Source: a virus
Taxonomy: Duplodnaviria; Caudoviricetes
Strand: one strand, 5' to 3'
Virus record (IMG/VR): IMGVR_UViG_3300005805_000382
Location: 1 to 27,165 of that record
DNA: 27,165 bases
Notes under the pieces: generated by a model
Database searches by the model: none
Seen by the model: the letters and a program-made list of their open reading frames with translations, nothing else
Told to the model about the DNA's origin: nothing
Program-made: the position numbers and the translations under genes
Shown: in pieces, positions 16,084 through 25,382 of the stretch
Layout: each line of letters opens with the position of its first letter
How positions within the stretch are numbered: the first letter of the stretch is position 1

Positions 16084-17748
16084 ATGGCAACAAAATTTGT
16101 CACAAATTTAGACCTTAATCAGAACCAGCTTCTAAATGCGACATTTGAGGTTCTTGCTTCCGACCCAGCTTCAAATAATTTTGAAGGCCGGATGTACTAC
16201 AACTCAACGGATGACACAGTCCGCTACCACACGGGAAGTGCGTGGAAGAAGCTCATAACAGGTCTTTCTGCTGGCGGTTCATATACGGATGCTGTTTCTT
16301 TTAGCGAATCTGGCGGAACCGTGACGGTAACCCTCAACCTTGCTGATACGGATAGTGCTGGCCTACTTTCAAGCACGTTCTGGAACATGCTCAATGACGC
16401 AACCGATGCCGCGACTGCCAGCAAATTAGTTAAAAGGGACGCAAATGGCAATATTAGCGTAGCAACCCCAACTGAGGCTGGCCATGCGGCTACCAAGGGG
16501 TATGTTGACTCGGCAAGAACTGGTCTTGATGTCAAGGCATCCGTCCGCGTGGCGACTACTGAAGCGATTACTCTTTCTTCCGGCCTAGAAAATGGCGACA
16601 TAATTGATGGCGTAACCCTTGCTACGGGAAACCGCGTACTTGTTAAAAACCAGGACACCGCATCAGAAAACGGCATTTACGTTGTTGCGGCATCTGGCGC
16701 ACCATCAAGGGCGGACGATGCAAATACAAGCGCAGAAGTTACAGCCGGAATGTTTACATTTGTTGAAGAGGGAACTGCAAATGCTGATTCAGGATGGGTT
16801 CTTACAACTAACGACACAATAACCCTAGGTACGACCAGCTTAACCTTTGCCCAGTTCTCTGGTGCCGGCTCAATTGAGGCAGGAGATGGTCTTACAAAAT
16901 CGGGCTCAACGATAAATGTTGTTGGCACAGCAGACCGCATAACCGCAAATGCAAATAGTGTCGACATCGCTTCAACCTATGTTGGCCAAAACACAATTAC
17001 AACAGTTGGAACAATTACGACCGGCACCTGGAATGGCACTGATATAGCCGTAACTGCTGGTGGTACTGGTGCTTCCGATGCTTCTACCGCAAGAACAAAT
17101 CTTGGTCTTGCAATTGGAACAGATGTTCAAGCATACGATGCTGAACTTGCTGCACTTGCTGGTTTAACTTCTGCTGCAAACAAACTTCCGTACTTCACTG
17201 GTTCCGGAACCGCGTCAGTTACAGACCTTACCTCAACGGCAAGAACACTTCTCGATGATTCATCAACGTCAGACATGCGCACAACGCTCGGTCTGGCTAT
17301 CGGAACTGATGTCCAGGCTTATAACTCAACATTGGCCGCTGTTGCTGGCGGTACATACACCGGCGATGACAGCATAACTACTGTTGGAACAATCACATCT
17401 GGCACATGGAACGGCACAGATATTGCTGTTGCCGACGGCGGTACAGGTGCATCAACTGCTTCTGGAGCGAGAACAAACCTCGCAGAAACATCTGCATCTG
17501 GCCTGACAACGAGTACGCCGGTTCTCGCAAGAATTTCTGCGCAAAACTGTGCTGCTTCTTCTCTTGGTGTATCAACGACAACAGTTGTACATAACCTCGG
17601 AACTTCTGATGTTATTGTTCAGGTGTATGAGGTGGCAACTGGACTAACGGTTATCGCCGATATTGACCGTGACAATACAAACCAAGTAACCGTTGTCATT
17701 AACGGCACAGTCTCACTGGGAGACTACAGAATAGTAGTCACTGGATAA
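16084..17748 (+). CDS. Tail fibre protein
   Basis: Ala/Thr/Gly-rich. [37 protein letters not shown]...ARTNLG and NKLPYFTG are phage fibre motifs; contains internal duplications. Confidence 0.85.
   Translation: MATKFVTNLDLNQNQLLNATFEVLASDPASNNFEGRMYYNSTDDTVRYHTGSAWKKLITGLSAGGSYTDAVSFSESGGTVTVTLNLADTDSAGLLSSTFWNMLNDATDAATASKLVKRDANGNISVATPTEAGHAATKGYVDSARTGLDVKASVRVATTEAITLSSGLENGDIIDGVTLATGNRVLVKNQDTASENGIYVVAASGAPSRADDANTSAEVTAGMFTFVEEGTANADSGWVLTTNDTITLGTTSLTFAQFSGAGSIEAGDGLTKSGSTINVVGTADRITANANSVDIASTYVGQNTITTVGTITTGTWNGTDIAVTAGGTGASDASTARTNLGLAIGTDVQAYDAELAALAGLTSAANKLPYFTGSGTASVTDLTSTARTLLDDSSTSDMRTTLGLAIGTDVQAYNSTLAAVAGGTYTGDDSITTVGTITSGTWNGTDIAVADGGTGASTASGARTNLAETSASGLTTSTPVLARISAQNCAASSLGVSTTTVVHNLGTSDVIVQVYEVATGLTVIADIDRDNTNQVTVVINGTVSLGDYRIVVTG
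16996..17481 (+). repeat. Internal duplicated fibre segments
   Basis: ITTVGTIT(T/S)[23 protein letters not shown] at ~16996 and ~17374; [12 protein letters not shown] at ~17101 and ~17287. Confidence 0.85.
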
Positions 17749-17759
17749 TTGGAGAAAAA

Positions 17760-17948
17760 ATGAAACTTACAGATGAGCATAAAGCAATGCTGGCTTCATA
17801 TGCAAGAAGCGTTATTGGCGCGGCGGTTGCAACGTATGCATCAACCGGCGACCCAAAGGCTGCCCTGAATGCGCTATGGGCTGCCCTTCTTCCGGTAGCA
17901 ATGCGCTACTTCAACCCCAAAGACGGCGCGTTCGGCAAAAAAGCCTAA
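17760..17948 (+). CDS. Small two-TM holin-like membrane protein
   Basis: 62 aa; SYARS...AALLPVAMRYFNPKDGAFG; GGAG RBS. Confidence 0.72.
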   Translation: MKLTDEHKAMLASYARSVIGAAVATYASTGDPKAALNALWAALLPVAMRYFNPKDGAFGKKA

Positions 17949-17995
17949 TCAATGGCCTCGAGGGGCCATAAATAATATAGAAAGCGATTGAGGTC

Positions 17996-19177
17996 GTGGC
18001 ACAGAAATTCACAGTACCCATAACGGTAAAACAACTCTCATCTTCTGGTTCTGATGCCATAACTGTTTTTGTAGATGCCGACACATATGCTCGCCTTAAA
18101 ATTGAGGCCGGAGGTCGTCTTACATGGGGACCAGGTTCAGGAACCGGAGATACAAACTTATACCGCGATGAGGCGGATACCTTAAAAACAGACGACAACT
18201 TCAAAGTTGGTGGGAAACTTTCTGTTGTTGCTTCTTCTGGTGACGAAGGCGGAGAAATATTTCTTGCTCAAGCCGCGACAAATACCACACTTGCTGGCGG
18301 AATCACGGTAGATTCATACCAAAATAAAATTCGTTTTTTTGAGCAGGGGGGAAGTGCCCGCGGTGCATATATTGACCTGACGGCATGTTCAGGTGGTGCA
18401 GGCACAAACCTCCTTTCTGGCGGTGGAGGTGCAACAGACCTAGATGGTCTTAGTGATGTTGTAATTACTTCCCCGGAAGAATTTCAGGGCCTGTCATATA
18501 ACGGCACAAACTGGGTAAACAGTCATATTCCCCTCGTGTCCTATGTAAGAAACGCAGAGTCGACGACTATTACAACAGGAACCTGTGTTTATCTTTTTGG
18601 TGCAACCGGCGACCATGCAACTGTAAAGCGTGCAGACAAGAGTTCTGAAACCACATCTTCTAAAACAATTGGTGTTGCTGGTGCAAACATTACTTCATCG
18701 GGCAATGGCCCGGTTGTCACCCGTGGTTATGTTGACGGAATTGACCTATCAAGCGGTTATGCTGCTGGCGATATTGTTTGGCTTGGCGACGATGGTGCGT
18801 TTACAACCACCAAACCCAGTGCTCCAGACAACCTTGTTTTTATCGGCGTAGTTGTACGCGCAACCGTAAATGGAATTATCTATGTTGCAACCCAGAACGG
18901 TTATGAATTAGACGAACTGCACGATGTTTCCATTACCAGCAAAACATCTGGTGATTTCCTTAAGTACAACGGAACACTGTGGGTAAATGACCAAATAAAC
19001 CTTGGCACAGACACGATTGGAAGTTATGTAGAGTCACTTGTCGCCGGCACTGGAATAACGCTCAGCAATAACTCGGGCGAAGGCGCTACGCCAACAGTTG
19101 CAGTAACATCTAACACATACGACGCATATAACTCGTCCAGAAATGTAGAAATAAAACTCTTGATGGAGGTCATGTAA
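17996..19177 (+). CDS. Tail fibre / virion structural protein
   Basis: DTNLYR, LDGLSDVVIT...LSYNGTNWVN and LDELHDVSIT...LKYNGTLWVN (repeated fibre motif), LVAGTGITL; GTG start after GAGG. Confidence 0.8.
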   Translation: MAQKFTVPITVKQLSSSGSDAITVFVDADTYARLKIEAGGRLTWGPGSGTGDTNLYRDEADTLKTDDNFKVGGKLSVVASSGDEGGEIFLAQAATNTTLAGGITVDSYQNKIRFFEQGGSARGAYIDLTACSGGAGTNLLSGGGGATDLDGLSDVVITSPEEFQGLSYNGTNWVNSHIPLVSYVRNAESTTITTGTCVYLFGATGDHATVKRADKSSETTSSKTIGVAGANITSSGNGPVVTRGYVDGIDLSSGYAAGDIVWLGDDGAFTTTKPSAPDNLVFIGVVVRATVNGIIYVATQNGYELDELHDVSITSKTSGDFLKYNGTLWVNDQINLGTDTIGSYVESLVAGTGITLSNNSGEGATPTVAVTSNTYDAYNSSRNVEIKLLMEVM

Positions 19178-19509
19178 TGGCATTGACACAAAAAAGACTA
19201 TTTGGTCCAGCTGCGGCAGTTACCTCTGCAACAGACGATGCAACCGGGAGATACCTTGTACCGTCGTCCACCACAACAATCGTAAAACAAATTATATTTT
19301 GCAATACAGCTGCAAGCGCTGCAACTGTAAGGGCCGGTGTTGGAACTACGGCAACCGCAGCCAACAGGGTGATTTCCGACTTGACATTAGCCGCGAATGA
19401 GACTGTGTCATTTAACTGCTCATTAGTAATGACAGCAGGCGAAAAATTATTTTTCACAGCCAATGCCACAACAGTGTCGATAACGGCAAACGGTATTGAG
19501 GAGACCTGA
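19177..19509 (+). CDS. Small beta-rich virion protein
   Basis: YLVPSSTTTIVKQIIFCN...LVMTAGEKL...ITANGIE is a frequent phage tail beta-sandwich; TAATG coupling. Confidence 0.72.
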   Translation: MALTQKRLFGPAAAVTSATDDATGRYLVPSSTTTIVKQIIFCNTAASAATVRAGVGTTATAANRVISDLTLAANETVSFNCSLVMTAGEKLFFTANATTVSITANGIEET

Positions 19510-20219
19510 TGAGCGGAATATCTCGTTATCCGGCTGCAAACGCATTTGCTTCGTTTTCTGATGCGCCTGATTCCGTTTATGGGACAGGCATGGATGGTGA
19601 TGCGACATTAGACGGCTCTACGACCGTTCTTGGTATGGCGCCATCATCAAGTGTGTACACGATGACAAAAGATTTATATTTTGATGACCTAACAATAAAT
19701 GCAAGTGTTCGTTTAAACCCAGCCGGTTATAGAATATTTGTAAAAAACGTACTGACATTTGCGGGAAATAACGCAACAATAGGTTTTACGGCAGGGTTTC
19801 CAAACGCTGGCTCAATTTATCAAGGGGGAATGCCGGCAACTGCCGTCACACACTCACTCGGCGGTTCTGCGACTGGATACACGGCCACAGCACCAACAGC
19901 AGCTTTGGGCGGAACGGAATATTTCAAAGTTCCCCAGCAGGCAATAACTGGCTATTCTATAACAGCCGCTGGTCAATCATGGCTGCGTGGTGGGGCTGGT
20001 GGCGTTGGGCAAGATGGTGGTGGCGTTGTGATACTTGCTGCTCGTTATATTTCTGGTCCCGCATCCGGGAGCACTGGATACATAAAAGCACCGGCTACAG
20101 CACCTGCTGGAGGAGGGGTGATTCTCATCGTTTCAACAGCTGCGGCATTACCCGAGACAGTTTTGACTGATGTCACTGGTCAAAACGCTGGCACGGTTCA
20201 CTATATGCAGTTGGTTTAA
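19509..20219 (+). CDS. Glycine-rich fibre/adhesin-like virion protein (short paralog)
   Basis: VYGTGMDGD, YFDDLTI, GYRIFVKN, GGGVVILAA, GGGVILIV; paralogous to the next gene. Confidence 0.78.
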   Translation: MSGISRYPAANAFASFSDAPDSVYGTGMDGDATLDGSTTVLGMAPSSSVYTMTKDLYFDDLTINASVRLNPAGYRIFVKNVLTFAGNNATIGFTAGFPNAGSIYQGGMPATAVTHSLGGSATGYTATAPTAALGGTEYFKVPQQAITGYSITAAGQSWLRGGAGGVGQDGGGVVILAARYISGPASGSTGYIKAPATAPAGGGVILIVSTAAALPETVLTDVTGQNAGTVHYMQLV

Positions 20220-20220
20220 A

Positions 20221-21579
20221 ATGTCTGGCGTTGACAGGTATGGTGCAAGCAAAACCCAACGAAAGGGAAATGATTGGGTTTATGGCACCGGTGCCGACGG
20301 TGATGTAACCATAAGTGGAACAGTGACACTTACCTCGGATAAATACTATAACAACCTTACTGTTCCGCTTGGAAATATTCTTTTAACAAACGGATTCAGG
20401 ATTTTTGTAAAAAATACAGCAACAATAAATGGGGTTGTTGGGATAGGAAAAGTAACCGGGAACATAGATGGCTCGACCAATGGAACCATATCATCACCAG
20501 ACTCAGCAACAGCATTTTCAAGCAGTACCCTGAGTGGTCATACAAATGTACAAATTGGCTACCGCATAGGCGGAGAAGGTGGCGGTACTCTTAATCCAAA
20601 TGTTCCAGTGTTACCGGAGGTTTTGGTCAAAAGAATTGAATCCATGACAGGCACCTATCTCAATGCATCATATTCAAACGAACCGTTAACCCAATCAAAC
20701 CAGGCGCCATCCCCATTTTATGGAGGTTCACTGGGAAAAGAGGGTTCAGCCGGAACACCCGCAACTTCATATACCAATGCAAGCCCAGCACCGGCTGGAT
20801 TTACAAACACTTGGCCGAATAAATCCGGTTCGGCGGGTTCAGCTGGTTCAGCTGGTTCAGCTGGTTCGTGGCCCCCAAACGCACATACTGTCGGTGCTGC
20901 CGGTGGACGTGGATATACGGGGGCAACCGGTGGCACTGGAACAAATGGAAGTGCACCGAATCCACCCATTGCTGCAACTGGAGGAGCAGGAGGGGAAGGA
21001 GCGCCCGGCGGTGGCATTGTTGCTATTATGGCTAAAACAATTACTGGCACAGGGACTATTATGTCTCTTGGCATGATTGGAAGCAGTGGCTCCGCTGGCA
21101 CAACATCTCCGGCCGGACCAAATGGTACGCCCGGTGCAACTGGTGCAAATGGTGCAGCCGCTCCAGGCTATACCGACCACCATCATCATTCAGCAACAAT
21201 CCATGAACCGCATACATGCTGTGGTGGTCATGCTTATGACCCCGGTTCTTATCATAAACACGTATACGTTCCACCATCGCACCACACTCATCACCATAAT
21301 CATTCAGCCGTAATACACGCCCCATGCTGCACGCCGGGTCCACATTATCCCGGCGGAGCAGGTGGGGCCGGCGGAGCGGGTGGAGCTGGCGGAACTGGTT
21401 CTCCCGCTGTAACGGGTGGAACAGGGAAAAGGGGTGGAGCTGGTGGCGGAGGGGCCATAATCATAATTACAGAGACAACTCCGGCAAATCTAAACTATGA
21501 TGTACGGTCTGGAACAACTGCTGACTCTGATACGTTTTCAGCATCAAATGGCTCAACATATATAATATTGAATTCTTAG
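20221..21579 (+). CDS. Glycine-rich (Gly-X-Y) fibre/adhesin-like protein with a His/Cys-rich insert (long paralog)
   Basis: ATG 20221 (MSGVDRY matches MSGISRY of the paralog; the track start at 20170 is unlikely). Gly-X-Y runs and a 56-aa segment with 17 His and two CC pairs. Confidence 0.82.
   Translation: MSGVDRYGASKTQRKGNDWVYGTGADGDVTISGTVTLTSDKYYNNLTVPLGNILLTNGFRIFVKNTATINGVVGIGKVTGNIDGSTNGTISSPDSATAFSSSTLSGHTNVQIGYRIGGEGGGTLNPNVPVLPEVLVKRIESMTGTYLNASYSNEPLTQSNQAPSPFYGGSLGKEGSAGTPATSYTNASPAPAGFTNTWPNKSGSAGSAGSAGSAGSWPPNAHTVGAAGGRGYTGATGGTGTNGSAPNPPIAATGGAGGEGAPGGGIVAIMAKTITGTGTIMSLGMIGSSGSAGTTSPAGPNGTPGATGANGAAAPGYTDHHHHSATIHEPHTCCGGHAYDPGSYHKHVYVPPSHHTHHHNHSAVIHAPCCTPGPHYPGGAGGAGGAGGAGGTGSPAVTGGTGKRGGAGGGGAIIIITETTPANLNYDVRSGTTADSDTFSASNGSTYIILNS
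20827..20868 (+). repeat. 9-nt tandem repeat encoding (GSA)4-GS
   Basis: ggttcggcg, then ggttcagct x3, then ggttcg. Confidence 0.85.
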
Positions 21580-21588
21580 GAGAAAATT

Positions 21589-21831
21589 ATGGGAATTTTT
21601 GACAATATCGACAACGGCGAGAAAAGAAGAATAGTAGACATTGAGCTTTCTACTGCAAAAGTTCATCTTTATGGTCTATTAATACAGATAGGTATTGACC
21701 CGGACTCTTTTAACCACGACGAGTGGTCTGAACCGATAGATATGGGCGGAGAACCAAGAGGTAGGGTTAAGCACTATATTGACCTAATTGCCACACTTGA
21801 AGAAAAAAGAGCTGCACTAACCAATGAATAG
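21589..21831 (+). CDS. Hypothetical acidic helical protein
   Basis: 80-aa ORF with an AGGAG RBS directly after the fibre gene. Confidence 0.72.
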   Translation: MGIFDNIDNGEKRRIVDIELSTAKVHLYGLLIQIGIDPDSFNHDEWSEPIDMGGEPRGRVKHYIDLIATLEEKRAALTNE

Positions 21832-22222
21832 ATATATCGCCGTTCCATCGGCGATGTGTATAGATGGAAAAATTCCAAGTGGGGCTATTAGATTAGCCGG
21901 CATGCTATCTATAGAAATTAAAACAATTGATGATTGCGATGTTGTTCATGTTGCAAATGAACCATCGATAAGGCAAGTGTCGTACTCTCCCGTATATTCA
22001 ATCGGAAAAATTTGGGACCTAGATATAGTTGATGAATTTTTAGATATGACCACTGGTGTCAAACTGTTAATTGACGGACAAGAATACGAACCTAAAGTGC
22101 AGGAGCGTCATGCTGCAAAATTCAGGATTAGACTGCATTGCGGGGGAAAAAAACAAATATTTTTAGTTGCCCAAAATGAGCAATCTATGATTGCGGAAAT
22201 AGAGGAAAATCGTGAAAGTTGA
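21824..22222 (+). CDS. Hypothetical protein
   Basis: 132-aa ORF overlapping both neighbours as in an operon. Confidence 0.68.
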   Translation: MNRYIAVPSAMCIDGKIPSGAIRLAGMLSIEIKTIDDCDVVHVANEPSIRQVSYSPVYSIGKIWDLDIVDEFLDMTTGVKLLIDGQEYEPKVQERHAAKFRIRLHCGGKKQIFLVAQNEQSMIAEIEENRES

Positions 22223-22778
22223 AGAACTTGCTACGTGTATAAATTTGTATAGCGAAGTTTTTGAACCTTTTGAATTTATGCACGAGGTTAACCAAGATTT
22301 AGATAACGAATGGTCAGAAGTTCAGTGGGTGCCATCATCAACAGGTATCGGTGTGGTTGGAAACCATAGGACATCTGCCGAAGTTGACATATCGCACCTG
22401 GAGCACATGGACACATCTATGGCAAAAAAATTCAAGCCAATATCAAAAACTCTTCTTGCTGATGTAGTTGAAGATTACAAAAAAGAATTCATGGTTCAGT
22501 CATCCAGGTACGAGGGATGGAGATTGCTTAAATATCACGGAGGCGGTGAGTATCATGCACACTACGACCATGCTCCGCACAATGAGAGAATCTTTAGCAT
22601 CGTCGCTTTCATGGAAACGCCAGACGGTGGTGGGCAGCTTGAGTTCCCATTTTTTGGTGTGACAGTTGAGGCAGTTGCCGGTAGTGCGGTCGTGTTTCCG
22701 GCCAATTTTCCATACCTACACATAGCCCACCCCGTAACATCCGGAACAAAGTGCAGTTTAGTGACATGGTTCAAGTAA
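22212..22778 (+). CDS. 2OG-Fe(II) oxygenase, prolyl-4-hydroxylase-like
   Basis: HRTS, LLKY, YHAHYD (HxD), GGQLEFP, AVVFP and H...VTSGTK (distal His, with Lys as the 2OG ligand as in P4H). Confidence 0.92.
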   Translation: MKVEELATCINLYSEVFEPFEFMHEVNQDLDNEWSEVQWVPSSTGIGVVGNHRTSAEVDISHLEHMDTSMAKKFKPISKTLLADVVEDYKKEFMVQSSRYEGWRLLKYHGGGEYHAHYDHAPHNERIFSIVAFMETPDGGGQLEFPFFGVTVEAVAGSAVVFPANFPYLHIAHPVTSGTKCSLVTWFK

Positions 22779-23914
22779 AAAATATAAGCCAGCTGAATAT
22801 TGAAGAACAAAACTATTTTGGTTTTGTAGGGTACCATTCTGCAGAAATAACCATTACAGCCCTGGCCCCTGATGGTGAATTTGAGTATTTAGATTTTGAG
22901 GCGTACAGCCACACACAGGGAACACTAATTAAATTTAATAAACTTCCAGAGTTTGGCTATACCCCATGGTCAATGAAAATAATTGGCTCTAGCGGAGAAG
23001 AGGAGCCGATGCAATGGGTCAATTATGAGGATAGTTTTGATATCTGGGAAAACAGAGAAACAGAGCCACATTCCTTTCTTTCCTTTATGAAATCACAAGA
23101 TATGCGCGCAACGCTTAATCACAGAGTTGTTGACGTATCTCGCAGGTGCGATAGCAATATGTTTGGTCCAGCCGTGGGTTATTTTCCTCAAGATGGAATA
23201 AAACCAACTTCAATGGACCTAGAGGTCATAAAAAATTACAACGCTGCTCTTTTTAGGCCAGTAGTAAACGTATCCGGCATAGCACACATCACAAATATTA
23301 ATTTTCGTGGAATAGGAATGACGTGGAGAAATTGGCCAATAGTTACCCTATCTGCCAAAACTTTGTCTGGGTGTCTCCGCCAGGTTATTGAATGGCGTGA
23401 CCTGCGGGTGGCCGGTTTATCCAATGACCAAATCGCTATTGATGCTTTGAACTTTGTTGAGCAATTAAAAATAACCCAGGAAATGATTGATGAGCTAAAA
23501 CAGACTGAAGTGAGAATGCCGGTAGAAAGATTTATGCTCGGTTATGGCAACCCGCGTCACGGTTTTTCCGAGACAGGAATTCTGCCAGAGAGCATCAAAG
23601 CGCTGTTTGCAAAACAGGTGGTCTATAGAACGCTTTCAACATTGGAAACCAAACACCCACTTCACCCGCAATTTAGTTCAGAAATCAAAACTACTGAAAA
23701 ACAAAGACAGCAAAATTATATAATTGAATTCGTTTCAAAAGTGATGCCGGGCACTATCAGCGTGGAACAGATAACAGTTGAAGACATATATAGAGAAGTG
23801 TTCAGACAACGTTATAAAGATGAACCAAATGGTCGTGGACCAATTCATCCCGTAGATATGAATATAACGGAAAAAGCAGTATTGGCCGCGAGGTTCTTTG
23901 ATGCTCAACAATAA
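22766..23914 (+). CDS. Hypothetical protein (about 382 aa)
   Basis: Long ORF coupled to both neighbours with no recognisable motif. ATG 22766 is preferred over the track start GTG 22751. Confidence 0.75.
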   Translation: MVQVKNISQLNIEEQNYFGFVGYHSAEITITALAPDGEFEYLDFEAYSHTQGTLIKFNKLPEFGYTPWSMKIIGSSGEEEPMQWVNYEDSFDIWENRETEPHSFLSFMKSQDMRATLNHRVVDVSRRCDSNMFGPAVGYFPQDGIKPTSMDLEVIKNYNAALFRPVVNVSGIAHITNINFRGIGMTWRNWPIVTLSAKTLSGCLRQVIEWRDLRVAGLSNDQIAIDALNFVEQLKITQEMIDELKQTEVRMPVERFMLGYGNPRHGFSETGILPESIKALFAKQVVYRTLSTLETKHPLHPQFSSEIKTTEKQRQQNYIIEFVSKVMPGTISVEQITVEDIYREVFRQRYKDEPNGRGPIHPVDMNITEKAVLAARFFDAQQ

Positions 23915-25382
23915 ACAGCTTTCTTTTTGTATTGTTGGTTCCGGTACTGCCGGTCTAATAACTTCAATTGTTTTAAGACAGGCATTCCCGTACTCCTCAA
24001 TCAAAAATATATCGTCCAGTAAAATTGGAATTGTCGGAGTCGGAGAAGGAAGTACCGAGCATTGGCGAATGTTTATGGACAAATGCAATATAGGTATCGA
24101 GGATTTGATTAAAAATACCGGAGCAACACATAAATACGGAATTCGTTTCGAAAATTGGACCAACAAAAGGCCCGATTATTTTCACAGCATTTCCGGAGTC
24201 GAAGAGATTAATGCATGGGGAATTATTGGAGAGTATCTCAGTTTCATAGAACAGGACAAATCCATAACAAGCCAAACTGGCTCCGTTGGTTTAATAAAAA
24301 ACAAGATAGTCAGAGATGGCTTGCATGGAAACACAAACCAATATCATTTTGATACATTTATGCTGAATGACTTTCTAACTGGTATTTGTTTCAGCAGGAT
24401 GATTCAATTCTACGATGATGAAATAAAAAACATAAATTTGACCACCAGCGGATGTATAGAGTCTGCCGAGCTTGTATCAGGCTTGCGTGTTGAGGCTGAT
24501 ATTTGGATTGATGCAACTGGGTTTAAACGGGAATTGATGAATAGGCTTAATAACAAGAGCTGGCAGTCTTTCTCAAATTATTTACTTGTTGATTCAGCTA
24601 TTGCATTCCCGACTGAACACGATAAAAGTGGAACAATAAAACCATATACCAGAGCGCGGGCTGCTGGAAGTGGGTGGATGTGGGAAATTCCCACACAAAA
24701 TAGACGCGGAAACGGTTATGTTTACTCATCCTCACACATAAGTGGGGACGCTGCATTGCTAGAAGCGCAGTCGATGTCCGGCTTCGCTGTTCCACAGATA
24801 CGTCAATTTAAATTTGACCCCGGTTATTACAGGGAGCAATGGCAAAAAAACTGCGTTAGCGTCGGTCTTGCTTCCTCGTTTGTTGAACCACTGGAGGCAA
24901 CCAGCATAGGAAGCACAATAATCCAGGCAATGAATATTGCTCAATACTCTGCGTCGTACATTCCCGGTTGTGAAAAACTTGTATCAGACTATAACAAAAA
25001 AATGGAAGCAGTCATGCTTAATATTAGGGACATGATACGACTCCATTATATTTCTGATAGAAAAGACACTGAATTCTGGAAAGATGCAAACTCAATGCCG
25101 ATACCGGATTCTTTGCAAAACTTGCTAGACGCATGGAGTGAAAGACCTCCTGCGCATTCAGATATAGCAAACAACGGCTCAATTATGTTCTTAACCCGCC
25201 ACTTTGTCCATGTTGCCCAGGGTCAAAATTTAATTGCTACGGAGCCTAGCTCTCTCGTAATGGACAGAATGGCCATAAGAAGTTTCATAGAAAAAAAGTC
25301 AGACAATATTCGGTCGAGTAGATATTCAAAAGAGTTGGTTGACCACAAAGAAGCGTTAATGGAGACAGTCGGTGAAGATTAA
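23901..25382 (+). CDS. Flavin-dependent halogenase, tryptophan-halogenase (PrnA-like) family
   Basis: IVGSGTAG (FAD binding), GVGEGS, ATHKYGIRF (catalytic Lys position), IDATG, WMWEIP (WxWxIP), FVEPLEAT. Confidence 0.92.
   Translation: MLNNKQLSFCIVGSGTAGLITSIVLRQAFPYSSIKNISSSKIGIVGVGEGSTEHWRMFMDKCNIGIEDLIKNTGATHKYGIRFENWTNKRPDYFHSISGVEEINAWGIIGEYLSFIEQDKSITSQTGSVGLIKNKIVRDGLHGNTNQYHFDTFMLNDFLTGICFSRMIQFYDDEIKNINLTTSGCIESAELVSGLRVEADIWIDATGFKRELMNRLNNKSWQSFSNYLLVDSAIAFPTEHDKSGTIKPYTRARAAGSGWMWEIPTQNRRGNGYVYSSSHISGDAALLEAQSMSGFAVPQIRQFKFDPGYYREQWQKNCVSVGLASSFVEPLEATSIGSTIIQAMNIAQYSASYIPGCEKLVSDYNKKMEAVMLNIRDMIRLHYISDRKDTEFWKDANSMPIPDSLQNLLDAWSERPPAHSDIANNGSIMFLTRHFVHVAQGQNLIATEPSSLVMDRMAIRSFIEKKSDNIRSSRYSKELVDHKEALMETVGED

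Noticed and set aside
16224-16967. Minus-strand ORFs of 150 and 96 aa (and similar ones at 19170-19469 and 20718-21343)
   Set aside because: They are antisense shadows of well-supported Gly/Ala/Thr-rich tail genes.
17952-17969. Hairpin ATGGCCT-CGAG-GGGCCAT as an intrinsic terminator
   Set aside because: The stem is plausible, but no U-tract follows on either strand.
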